Made by a program: the position numbers and the translations under genes. This document shows positions 1 to 13,616 of a stretch of DNA of 64,000 nt, piece after piece. Numbering within the stretch: the stretch's first letter is position 1; each line of letters starts with the position of its first letter. This DNA comes from Trichosphaerium sp. ATCC 40318 (lineage: Eukaryota; Protista; Tubulinea): NCBI GenBank assembly GCA_038496445.1, contig JALMLS010000590.1, positions 62,001-126,000 of the forward strand, written 5' to 3'. Below the pieces are notes generated by a model, which saw only the letters and a list, made by a program, of their open reading frames with translations, was not told the origin of the DNA and did no database searches.

Positions 1-1291
1 GATTCTCCAGTGCCCTCTCCTGGCAATAATTACGATAACATGATGATCGGGGACATTACCAGCCTACTGTACACACGTTTTGCTACATAACATAATTATT
101 TGCTGACGTTGTAAAAAGACCAACTCCTGCGTTTACCCAGAATGCTGGTGCCTCAATGGGCCAAAACGATGGAGAAATAATCGCTGTACAAACTGGAGCA
201 CATATAAATGTACAAAACAAGCTTTTCATCCATTTTTTCATCTCATCACTTCCTTAGACATCCATAAACGACATTTCTTATCAAAAAAACCATGGTTCGA
301 GGCAACCACCTCCAAGAAGTACGTACACGCTTGGATATTTAAAACAAAGACCAGCCATAATAATAGAACTCTTTTTTAGTTCAACCAAACTATGGCGTTA
401 AAAGAAAACAACAAGATGACATACACTCAAGACCAGTAAAGCGTAGCAAGTCGAAACAACAAACACAAATTCCAGCAGGTATTATCAACAAAAAATTTAA
501 TTGCCTCCACACTACTCTAGTACGATACTAAAATATTTTTCTAGAAATTGCACACGTGTATATAAGCCAAGAAGACTTGTTAAATATTTCAAGCACTGCA
601 TTCGAACAACGTGTAAAAAAGTTGAGCATGCACAGATCATTCACACTAGCTGAAAGCAAAGAAATTAAACGACAACGCCGACTTGTTAGAAACCGTGAAT
701 ATGCACGTGCTTCAAGACAAAAGAAAAAAGCAGACATTAAATCACTTCGTGCTCGTATCAACACGTGCGTTTTTAATCTAAAACCAAAAAGTGAAACACT
801 AACTTGATCCTTTTAGGTTAGAGGTTGAAAATGAGGCATTAAAAAAGGAGGTTGGCATGCTCAACAACAAAGTAAAAGAGCTTCAAAGCACTCCTTTTAT
901 GAATACAGGGCACTCTCAAGCGCCAGTAGTGAATAATGGCGGTATCTCTCCATTTTTTGACGCCAGCAAGCTATCATCTATTCAAATCAATCCATTCAAT
1001 TTTTCTGCCCAAGGCAAGGTCGGCGTTGCACTCTTTGCCTTACTCTTCATGGCTGTATTCTACTTGCCAATGTCAAACCTTCCAGGACGCAACCAATTAG
1101 GCCAGCACTCTCCTCGACGCATACTTGAAAATAGCAAACTGCCAGTTAACGATTTATACAACGGTGAGATTTCAGGACCTCAGTCGATAAACACCATTAT
1201 ACCCGATACCCCTCCAGCATGTGGTCCCTTACGGTATGGCTACGTTTATTGTGGCATCGGTGACGCAGAGCATTACACAGCGGCGGCTTGA
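1..1291 (+). CDS. Membrane-tethered bZIP transcription factor (Maf-like extended basic region; ATF6/CREB3/bZIP28-like topology); 5' end lies outside the window; multi-exon
   Basis: ISQEDLLNISSTAFEQRVK..EIKRQRRLVRNREYARASRQKKK basic region. An intron (gtgcgt...ttttag) joins it to the zipper LEVENEALKKEVGMLNNKVKEL. Then a TM helix (VGVALFALLFMAVFYLPM) and a lumenal RRIL motif. Confidence 0.85.
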
Positions 1292-1449
1292 TTTGTACAG
1301 TACTTGTAATTGTAAATAACCAGTAATTTTAATAATATAAGCCAAAAAAAAAACATGTTGTGTTTTTCTTTCTTTGTTCTTTATTTTAGAAATAATTAAA
1401 AGTACATTTGCATCCTCACTGCAGGTAACTACCTAGCCAGCGAATAATT

Positions 1450-2885
1450 TCAGTATGGCCAAACTTCCAAGTCATTTGACTCTCTCTAGATATCAGTAAT
1501 GTAAGTAAGCGAGCCTAAGGATAGATTGCTTTTGTATTATACGCACCTGCGAAGTCGGCCTGTACGGATCGTGACAACCAATTCTAAATGCTGCACATGT
1601 TGTATGATCCATCTTGCCTTGGTTCAGATGAGTTAGTCTAGAGATAGACAGTTACGCAGTTCTTACCTGGATACTTGGCATAATCACTTGCAAGAGGGAG
1701 ATTTGGGTTCTGTTCCATAAACTCTCTGCTCGAACTAGTTGTGAGTCGGCAATGATCCATCAGTTTCTTGGATATCTGTCTTGGCGATATAAATGTTTCA
1801 TCCGCCCCTATCAGCGCCTGCAGCAACTTGCATTCGTAAAGCTAAAAACAATAAAACGTCAAAAAAAAAACAGAAAAAAAACATGGCAAAAAAAAGTGTT
1901 CCGAACCATTTTCGCGTGCGACACCATGTCTCTGTCAAGTGAGTCCCAAGCAACACCAGCAGTAATTCCTTTAATATTGGCTTCTGCTGGAGATTTGCCT
2001 AGAGTTTGTGGATCGAGATTATCGTGCACGCCATCGGACACCACAAAAACAATGTCCTTTTCTGCCACAGGCGCACATATAAGCGCTAGGTTCCGAAGAT
2101 CCGGTTCTCCATCGTTAATATACGGCCCTATAGGCTCAGTTACGCTTTCCGATTTCAGAAAAAAAAAAAAGACCAACTAGCGCACCTATCCTGCCGCCTG
2201 GATCTCTGGCGTCTGTAACATCTATACGGTTTCCTGCTGTGATATCGACTACTTCTTTTTCCTTGTCCTTAAAGACAAAAGCCTTACAATCTCCAATCGT
2301 ACAGCAAACGAACGCCCAACTGGGGTCAGTCGGATAGTGCTTGTTATCAATCTGTACAACCACACCACCAAGTAGCGTTGTTGTACCTGCCATCCATGGA
2401 TCGTTTTTATCAAAGACTATGGCATGGTTCGCGTGATGTAGCGCGGAAATGAGTACATCACCGATCTCCTTTATCGTTTTAACTTCTCCCATTTTACCAC
2501 TCAGATATACAACAAATGCGTTTTTTGCTCTGTTGGCCGCCTCCTTAGGCCGTTCGCCCCAGTTACAGCCATCCGTTACGCAAAACAAAATACCGTTTTT
2601 ATGCGTGTGTATCCTGTAACTATCGCACATAGGATCGCCCTCTCTGCTGGCATTGTCTGGGTAGTGTGGATACGTTGATATCGTTGACCCGTACGCTTGT
2701 TTAAAACTTTTATCAGGCACTTCGCCTTCATACGGCCCACTAATTACAACGGGATTACTCATACATAGTCTTTTAATTTTCCAATTCGGCAAATCTTGTA
2801 GAAGATCATTATCTTCCTTGTATTGTTGAAAAACGCTCTTCCCTTTAGTACTACTTTGTTTTGCCATCTTTCTACCACAAGCCAT
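1450..2885 (-). CDS. PP2C-like (PPM-fold) domain protein, CG9801/TipA-like family; multi-exon
   Basis: Motifs GDPMCD, VTDGCNWG, GTTTLLGG, IGDCKAF, DPGGRIG, VSDGVHDNLDP and PGKMDHTTC across spliced exons; the last exon reads RESNDLEVWPY*. Confidence 0.85.
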
Positions 2886-3304
2886 GCGTTATCTGGTTTC
2901 CCACGTGATTATTTTGCTATTTTATCATTTAGTCCAACGAAATCACAACCAAACGATTTTGTACATAATTTGGATCAGTTTTTATTTTTGTTACAAGTGT
3001 TTCTGGCGATTGTGAGGCGGTTTTTTTTTTTGGTTTTTTTTTTGGCAATCAGGGTGAGAAAAGGATCGCATCGAATGATTCCGTCAGAAGCCAGTGGAGA
3101 AAGTGAGGGGCATGAGATGATGGGTGAGTCATTTTTAGTTGGTGTAACTTTTCGTTGGCTAGTTTGTGAAGCATTTCAAACGGTGGTGTTTGGGGTGTAC
3201 CCACAGTGGAAGCCTACGCAACAATAAACCGGAAACTATAAATAAACGACTCATAAAAACAATAAAAACGTACACTAGCAAACGGTTCGTAAATCCGAAC
3301 ACGA

Positions 3305-4208
3305 TTAATTATCGGTAGAGATGAAGATGTGGAATCTACTCTCAATGCCAAGGAGCACCAGTAAGCAGAAGACACCCTCAACTAGAACAAAATGGTAACT
3401 GTTAGCTTATTTTTTTTAACGTGCAACGTATGAGAAACGTGATTTATTGTCGGCACGCACGTGCATTCCTAGATTGATTAGTATTTAGAAAGATAAAGTA
3501 TGTACACGCACCTTCTATGCTGTGAATTGATGTAGCTTGCGCAGCTAAAGAACAAAAGGGGTTAGAGTAAGAACACAGCGCTAGTGGCAATAAGGGGGGT
3601 ACCTTGAGGTGGGTGTACTATCACTTCAAAATTGGGCGTTTCACGTAAACGTTTGATTATCTCCTCCAATCTAGTTACTCTTAGCTTGATAACAGCATAT
3701 GGGTACGTGCTGTGGTTCGTTCTTTAAGAAAGTGAATCGTTCTGCTCTGGTATAACAGTCAGTCAATAACGGAAATGATAAATGTAATCACGCACCTCGT
3801 TTTGGGCTTCCTTTGATCTTCTGGCTGCTCTGGAGGCGGATGTTCACCCACTCTGATTATTCGTCCTAAATCCCGTTAATATAACAGTTGCATGCACATT
3901 ATGTAACAAGAACCTTTGATTGGAGCTGCTGTCTCGCGTATCTTGTCAATATTGCTTCTGGCAGCATCAAAACAATTTTTTATCTGCTCAAACCCTTGCC
4001 AGTACGTTATAAACGCGTAATATTAGAGGTTAGAGGTACCTTGCTCTTTTTGAACGAGCATACCACCCGTTGTTGCTACAGCATCGAGCGTTTCGCGAAG
4101 AGAAACCCGTAGAGTACTTACCTACAAGAAATAAGCTTTTTAATTTACACTATACGCAACTAAAGCCAAAACATCATCAAATCGCTGTTCGACTGGGTCA
4201 GGTTCCAT
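3305..4208 (-). CDS. Hypothetical protein, multi-exon, divergent from RPT1
   Basis: ATG at 4208 (MEPDPVEQRFDDVLALVA), several short exons bounded by GT-AG introns, ending ...LLGIESRFHIFISTDN*. No recognisable motif. Confidence 0.5.
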
Positions 4209-4343
4209 TTAAGTAACAAACAGCTCAATTATACCCGTGGTCGCTGAGAAAAACGTGAGTCAAAATAATTCGACAAGCGAGGACAAAGTTATGTTAAGCC
4301 AATTTGAACAAAAAAGTTAACCTAGCTTACAAATAATTACATC

Positions 4344-6057
<1,714 letters not shown>

Positions 6058-6207
6058 GGGGGGGTCGCATTTGGGAAAACCCCTTTTTGGGAGAGGAGAG
6101 AGAACAACCAAACAACAAAAAAAGGAAAAAAAAAAAAAGAGGCAGGAGAGCAACTCAAAACTGGCTTGCCATCAATCGCTGTCCCCTCCATGTAAATTTA
6201 ATAATAA

Positions 6208-7383
6208 TTACAGTACTGTTTCACCTATATCCCCAGATTTACGTTTTCTCGAGTGTTGCTTTTGCAAACTCTTTTGGTAATCGTGTGCTTCTGTGTGAAG
6301 CTTCAAAAAAAAGGCATCATCCGTCTCTTCAGAGGAAGAATCATCATCTTGCGTTGCAGCTCCATTGCCTTGATCAATATTCATATCTGTTGTGGTCGGA
6401 GGCGGAGTGAAGACTCGCCAGCTTGGGATGGTAATGCTTTGCGCAGGCTTCATCTGGGATGGCCTCACTGCTTGACTTAATTGATTTGCCAGTGAGATAA
6501 TATCGTTTCGACGCGAATGAACGCTACGGCGAGGTACAAGGCGATTCTTTTTGAAGAAAAAAAGTTAACATAATTAATTGTTTTATACTTGTTGGGTGTA
6601 CCTTGCGCTTTTCGCGGCTCTTCTTCAACGCTGGTAAGTTTAGTTTAACAGATAGCAACGTCTTCTTATTAGAGAACGCTTTTACTTTCTCGTTGTCCTT
6701 ATCTATCTGGTCTGATTGCATCCAACAAGATACATTGCTGTGATTGTGCCATGACAGAAAGTAGTCCTTTTTTGAGTCTGTAGTGGTTGTTGCTGCAACT
6801 ACTCTGTCTATCCAGTACCCATTACACTGGTTTCGAGCAGTTTCAAGGAGCTCCAAGTGTTTAGAAGTGGCGTTGTAGGATCGGCAACAGAAAAGTTCGT
6901 TTGTATTTGTTGTGTTGCGCTGTGATGGGAGAAGCACAATACATGTCCTTCGTAGGTTGCGTAGGCTAGTTTGGACTGAGGTTGAAGATGTAAACACTTC
7001 ATTTACAGATGTTTCAGGTGCATCTATTAGTATGCGTTAGAGGTTATGATGAGGAGTTGCGCCGCTTACCTTCTGCGAGGGAAATTTGAGTTGGCGTGTA
7101 AAATCTAGTGCCACGAACAATATTCGGTGATTTAGCGTCACCTGTAATATGCGTGATGCGAATGAGGATATTATTGTCGTCTTCTATGGCCACTTCGGCT
7201 ACATCGCCTAGACATAATTAGTTTTAATAGCCGTTAACCACGTCACGCACCCACTGAGTATGCTGTTTTATTGACAACAGCAGAAGCGTAATAATGCCTC
7301 ATTTTGTCCTTGTACAACGGTAAATCGCTACATGACGGTAACGGATTGTATGCAGCTGTGGGATCGAGTTTAGGGTGTTTCAT
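6208..7383 (-). CDS. BAH domain + chromodomain-like chromatin protein; multi-exon
   Basis: After splicing: YYASAVVNKTAYSVGDVAEV...GTRFYTP...NEVFTSS...TCIVL...LFCCRSYN (BAH pattern), then YWIDRVVA...KKDYFLSWHNHSNVSCW (chromo-like), then a basic/acidic tail. Confidence 0.65.
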
Positions 7384-7521
7384 CAAGTTTAGCCTGTCAA
7401 ACTTGATAAAGCCTAATATATGTGTGCTGTGCGATGCGTACGCTGTCGGTGCGCCATTAGCGACTTAAAAAAGTGAAACTACAACAGTTAAGTATATTCA
7501 ACTTCATTTTTAGCAGTTATT

Positions 7522-8234
7522 ATGGCAACGATCACGGAGCTTGAGATTAAGGGATCTTATATTATAGAGTGTAAGCGATTTGGTGACGACAGGTATAAAA
7601 ATGATTTGCAAAGACATGTAATTAACACAGGTATTCTGTAGAGGTTGGTTTCAAGAGGTTTACCACGAAGGCAAGTACGCACACTTAAAACAAGAGTGGA
7701 ACCAGATTTCATTGTCTCAATCAACTAAAAACGTCGTTCGAGGTGCGTAAGCTATCTGTTTTTAGCGTCTAAACGTTGCAAAAAGGCATCCACGTTTCAC
7801 AATACACCAAGTTGGTCACTTGTATAACCGGTGCTGTATGGGATGTTGTAGTAGACTTACGCAAAGATTCACCAACGTACTTGAAAGTAAGATGGGCTTT
7901 TAACTTTTTTTTTTCTTTCAGAAGTTAAAAACAGCTACAGCAACTCACTCACTTCGCTTAGTGGAAAGGTAACGTGCTATCAGCTGAGAACAAGAAGCAG
8001 CTTTACATACCTGCTGGCTGTGGTCACGCTTTTTTTACTATGGAGCCAGCGACAATCATGTACTTTCAAGGTGGGGTATGGGTTCCTAAACTCGAAATGG
8101 ATACGAACTGGAAAGATCCTACAATCGGCATTGACTGGCCCAAGGCGGACACTTACATTCTATCCGATAAGGACAAGGCAGCGCCATGTCTTGCGGATGC
8201 GCGAAAGGCGTGGGAAGAGAGAAATAAAGCTTAA
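7522..8234 (+). CDS. rmlC: dTDP-4-dehydrorhamnose 3,5-epimerase (RmlC/RfbC cupin), intron-containing
   Basis: FGDDRGWFQE, NVVRGIH, KLVTCITGAVWDVVVDLRKDSPTY, LSAENKKQLYIPAGCGHAF, WKDPTIGIDWP, LSDKD. Confidence 0.93.
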
Positions 8235-8389
8235 GTGTCAAGTATAAACGTTCACAGTCTTTGTTTGTGTAAAAAGCTCTCAAAGGCATTTATTAAGGGT
8301 GTACATACCAAATATTAGGCTTGGAGTTCGTCTTTGGAGGAGTTGGGTAATAAAAATGCCAAAGCAGAAGCACAGCATTAATAAGCGCT

Positions 8390-8802
8390 TTAATGACCTC
8401 CTTCCAAAAATCCAGAGGAGTGTTTACCAATGTAATTCATAACTAGATGGAATGCGCAAATTGAAACAGCGATAGACCCACATAGTTTTTGTTGGAGCTC
8501 GTCGAGGTTCTTGCGGTTAGCTTTGATGAGTTCTAAGCGTGCGGCGTCGTCTGTAACAACTGTGGAGCTGTTTCAGTGTTAGAAGATTAAGAACTTTTCT
8601 ACGAGTTATATTACCGTGCGCCAATGTTGTTCATGCTGTATTGGCGAAAAGCTGGCATACCAGTAGCGTTTGGTAATCCGAAGGTACGAGGTACAGTGGC
8701 GGCAGCTAACCTGTTTTGGGCAGCGCGCATAGCGACACGAGAGCTGTAAAATATTAATTTAAACAAAGTATTTACGTTAGCTTACAGTGAGTTTTGTAGC
8801 AT
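8390..8802 (-). CDS. Small protein with a mitochondrial-presequence-like N-terminus; 4 exons
   Basis: MLQNSL/SSRVAMRAAQNRLAAATVPRTFG.. (Arg/Ala/Ser-rich, no acidic residues), spliced to ..TDDAARLELIKANRKNLDELQQKLFMNYIGKHSSGFLEGGH*. Confidence 0.55.
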
Positions 8803-9644
8803 TATGTAGTGTTTACGACAGGTATTATAAATTCACTTGTACTTACGAATGACGAACAGACTATCTGTTGACTTTTTTCTCATGAGACATTTTTTCATGC
8901 AACTTGATAAAACAGGATAGCGCTTAGAAGTGCAATTGGAACAAAATATACAATGCTTACTACACTGCAGTTTGCCTTCACCTCGCTAGCGTTCACCCAA
9001 AATCAAGGCATTAGAAATAAGGATTCTGGGTACCTCAACAATTACGTATAATCTCAGTACGACGTTTTCGAGTTACACGTGACATTGAACCCTAAGTTGT
9101 ATTAGCGTTTTGTCGTACCCTAATGATAGAACATTGATAGCAAAACCATTAGGTGTTAAATGCTGTTACATGGTGGTGGCTTTGTAATGTTCCGGTGCAA
9201 GGCTGAGTATGTTTTTATTCATGTCAAATAAGTTGCAATAGTCAGATGCCAGAAAAACTTACAACTCTAATCATTTAGGTTGCATAGTGCCGCACCGCGA
9301 ACCTGTTTTTGTATTTACATTATTGCAGATAAGGATATTGGCGCAGTTACAAATCCTAAAGTGGTACTGTACATTCCGTTTCAATGTCACAATACAGTAC
9401 TACTTGTTGGTGCACTAGTGGCGATTTTGGGTTAATTCCACTTCGGGCTTTCCTTGTTTGCAAAATTGTTATTGCCCGTGGAACTTCAATCAACAGCCAA
9501 CAACAGCGAAGAAGGATGGTATGGAGGTGATAAAATAAGATAGCGTGTTTAGTTCTTAAACAGCCGAGTAATATTTTGGTTATCAAATACTACGCACCGT
9601 TTTTGAAGTGTAACGCAGCTGTAATATAGAACGTGTTTAATGCG

Positions 9645-12600
9645 ATGGAACCAGACGTAGTACAGAGTCGATCAGCGAGGCGTAAGGTCCGAATAAAATA
9701 AATTGTTAGTTACAAGCAATCCATTAATTATCCCTTTGTATGCTAGTTTATCTAATATTCTATCGTAGAGCGTTAAGAATAGGTCTCGAAAGAGAAAGGC
9801 AACAGAAAATACTGACGCTCCTTCTGCTACACGCAGAAAAACTTCTCACAAGCGCTCCACAAAGGTAACATTCTTTTTTAAGTGACTGGAGGATAATAAA
9901 GTTACAGAAATTGTCAAAACGCTCAACAAAGGAGGACGACGAATCGACAAGCGAAGACGAGGAGAAATGGTAAAAAAGCTCAACGAACAATAAAACTACA
10001 AACACGTTTGTCAAAAAAAAGCACTACTTTGCTTACAAGGCTTTTTTTAGCTATCGTAGGAGTCTCAGAGAGCGAGTTATACTCGCTCACCAAGAACGCA
10101 AGGCGATGGAAGAGTTCTTTCACAACCTAGAACAAGTGAGTGCTCCTGAGCCTTGTAGCACGTAGAGAGAAACCTTTTCGAACTTCTCGTGACACGTTTT
10201 ACATAAAGCACAACTAACAAATTCTGTAGAAGCGCGTAAACCATCACTTTTTCAATGGCAAGCGTCTCACGCCAGAAGACATTGCACGTAAATGTAAGCA
10301 AAGGGCTATTTTTATCAATCACAATTTTCCAAATTCTGGTTTTTCCGTCTGATTTTCTGACGCTCCTCTTTGTTGCTTTTCTCGTAGTCAAACTCTTGGT
10401 CACTTCCGTTAATACTGAAGTAGCGAAACACAAACGGTTTTTGAATGCCAACTTGTGGAATCCCCCTGCAGAGTTTCAACACGACTCAGAGTTGCATGGG
10501 TTACCTGAACAAGATGACAACAAAGATGCACCTTCAGAAGCTTTAAAGAAGCAAGCTGCAGTTGAAATACCAGTATGGAGAACTATTTCTCGTGACACGT
10601 GCACCGAATATGAAGAAGAATATACAGACCGTTTCAAAGCGCGATACAACGAGGGTTTAATTATCACATGTCCGAGGAGCGTCAGAAAATCGAAATCAAA
10701 AGCTCATGCGTCCCCCAAGAAAAGAGGAGCGAGCTCTTCTCAATCACCCTTATCGCATATGTCTGCTATGATGGAGCCTAATGTTATTGTCACTCGGCGA
10801 CGACGAAGGTTGTCTGGTATTGAGCTGGCACCTTTAGAGCTGGACCCACAGCGTTCAGCTTTTAAAACAAAAATGGCTATACAATTGAAAAATGTTTTCG
10901 TAAAGGAAGCTTGGTTAGACCAAGAGGTAGAACTCTTTCAATATCTCTACAGTATTTACGGCTCCGAATGGAGACGTATATCCGATATCATGCAATCAAA
11001 GGTACACGTGAAAACAATTTAACGTGCCATGGACAACCTTGTTTTTTTTCAGCATGTTGTTTGCTCACCTACCTCTTTAGTCCCCACAATTCTTAAGGAA
11101 TACATACGAAAAGACCGGTGGATGCTTTAAAAACATAAAAACATTATCTGTAAAGGACACAACATGCCATTTGTGCCTGAAACAATACAATGGGTTCCAA
11201 CCAACAATTTTTTGTGATTGTTGTGATAGGTACAAAGGCCTTGTTTACCTCGTACATTCTGACACTCCTTATTACAGAGCCTATCACTTGGCTTGTCTTA
11301 ATCAAGATAATCCCGAACGGCCGTGGTATTGCTGCGAAGAGTGTAAGAACGTAGTAGCAATGGCAAGTATACACTCAATGTTTGTAACACTCATTGTTTT
11401 TGTGTAACTCTTAATTTAGCGATGCCAACATTGTTTATCTCCTGAAGATGGAGATAATATGCTTTTATGTGATAAATGCGATAAGGGTATCAATCTCTAA
11501 CATTGGCATTGTTGTATTAAATATGGTTTAGGATTTCATCTTTATTGTTTAAACCCTCCTCTTGAGAAGATTCCTTCAGAAGACTGGTTTTGTCCAACCT
11601 GTTCTGGAGCCTCACCTTCCACTTCACATTGTTCTAGGCCTGATACCATGGATGTAGATGGATATAGTGTCACTAGAGCCGCTTTATATGCCTCTGATGG
11701 AGCTTTGAAACGATCAAACACAATCACATTCACCGTCTCCAAGCCACTTTTTGTACGACTTTTTTTGAACCGGTCCTATTGACACGTACTAGTGTAATGC
11801 AAAGAAGAATAGTTTCATTGGCAAGGGTATTTCTATGCGACAGTGTGGGCACCCCCACATGAAGGACATGCTGCCTAGGAGCGTGTTTAACGACGTACGA
11901 TTTGATTTGCTTCAAAAACAGTTCTGGTTTTTTTTCAAACTTCTAAACCACTCGCAGGCAACCTTACCATTCTCTTGCGATAAGAACCTAGTAAATGAAC
12001 TGGCTTCTAGTGCTTCATTAAGCGTCCAAACCCTGATGAACCTTGGGAAGAAGTGTGTACCTTGTGCTTTTAGTAATGGCCTTCTTTTTGGATGTAACGG
12101 CGTCTTATACCCTCCGACAATGTCTTTGTTTGGTAAGCAACCAATGTCGATGAAATTAGGAGCGACCTTGGAGGATATCACAAAACACGTCCGACTCATT
12201 TCAGCTGCGGTTAACAAAGCAATCAATGCGACAATCTTGCGCTATGGTAAAAAGAAAAAAAGCAGAAGAAAACGAAGATCTTCGTCTTCATCAAAAGGTA
12301 GGCGCTCTTGTGCCTCAGCAAGTCAGTCATCAATGCGATCTGGTCAAGATGGATTCAGTGATGGAGAACAACGTGTATGGATCTTCCAAGCGAACCCAAA
12401 ATTGTACAGTATATCAGAGTCTATAAGTTCATTGAAGGACATGACATGGTTCATTAAACAACATATTCATAAGATTAAAAATGGTGATAAAGTACTCATA
12501 TGGGAGAGTGGAAAGAATGCTGGTGTTATTGGTATTGCATCTTTAACATCAGATCCACAAGAGATGGCAGAAGCAAGAGGCATGTCAAAGTTTGCTTTGG

Positions 12601-13406
12601 CTAAAATTTTCGATTCAGTGCAGTTGAGGTCTTGGCTTCACATTGACTATGTCCTTCATAAGAAACTTAAAAAGGCTAGCTGTAGAGCTCACCCTATTCT
12701 ACAAACTTTGACTATTCTTCGTGCTCCTATTGGAACGAACTTTAAGCTATCAAGACAACAGGCTGTGGCTTTTCAAAAATTGATAAAAGACAATGAAGGA
12801 AAAGCACCTAATTTATTAGGCAGTAGTAGCAACACTGAACCGACTTGTAATCAACCCAATCCGGGTTGTCCTGTACTGATACAATGCGCCTATGCTACTG
12901 CCGAGATGGCTGAGCGAAGTGGCGTCCATATGGATGGCCCCATGGCACCACATGAGGTACGTATGCGCCAAAGCTTTGCTCTTTTGAAGAGCGCTCTTAT
13001 CGATACTGGAAAAGACTCCAAGTCCTTCCCTTTTGTGCACTATTTAACCGAGTTTATTTTTTTTCTCATGTTATACTTAGCTTATCACTGCGAGGTTCCT
13101 TTTGTGCTTACAAGAGATACGATACCAACTCTGGCATCACCTGGATTCAGTTATTAGTAATTTTACGTCTAGCTATCACAACAGTATCCTTCTTTTTTTT
13201 TTTTTTTTTTATTTCGCTCTTTTGAGTAGTGTTTTTGCACTTAACTCGTGTAAGCGATTACTACAGTTTCGAGCCTTGCGGAGAATATGGAACAATTGTC
13301 CGCACAACTAGCGTTATTGAAAAGAGAACGGCGTCTTTTCACGCAAGCTTCTCGTGACGTAATTACGGAGCTGTTTACAAAATATGGGTGTGATTGTTTT
13401 TGTTGA
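9645..13406 (+). CDS. Chromatin reader: SANT/Myb + two PHD fingers + EVE (PUA-like) domain; multi-exon
   Basis: Myb: WLDQEVELFQYLYSIYGSEWRRISDIM. PHD1: CHLC..IFCDCCD..AYHLACL..WYCCEEC. PHD2: CQHC..MLLCDKCDKGFHLYCLNPPL..IPSEDWFCPTC. EVE: WIFQANPKLY..MTW..IKNGDKVLIWESGKNAGVIG..GTNFKLS. Confidence 0.85.
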
Positions 13407-13616
13407 CGTTTTTTTACCGTCAAAAGTCTGTAAATAAAAATAACAAGCACAAAATGTGATGGTTTTTGTCACTTGGCGTCACATTACTATTACAGTTATA
13501 AACGCTAAATTTTACGTAGTACCGAATTTGATGGTTTAAGCCTGCCGTTTCGATTTTTATGACTTAGATTATACGTACTCACTACACCTAAAACTACCCG
13601 TAAACAATTGCTAGTA

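Noticed and set aside
2823-3227. 134-aa + strand ORF
   Set aside because: TTG start, poly-T low complexity, overlaps the PP2C 5' region; no motif.
8953-9543. Possible small spliced gene on the + strand
   Set aside because: Intron-like signals are present, but I could not build a consistent reading frame.
6208-13406. BAH-chromo, rmlC and PHD-EVE as a functional cluster for sugar-modified DNA bases
   Set aside because: No base-modifying or glycosyltransferase gene lies nearby, and adjacency in a compact eukaryotic genome is weak evidence.
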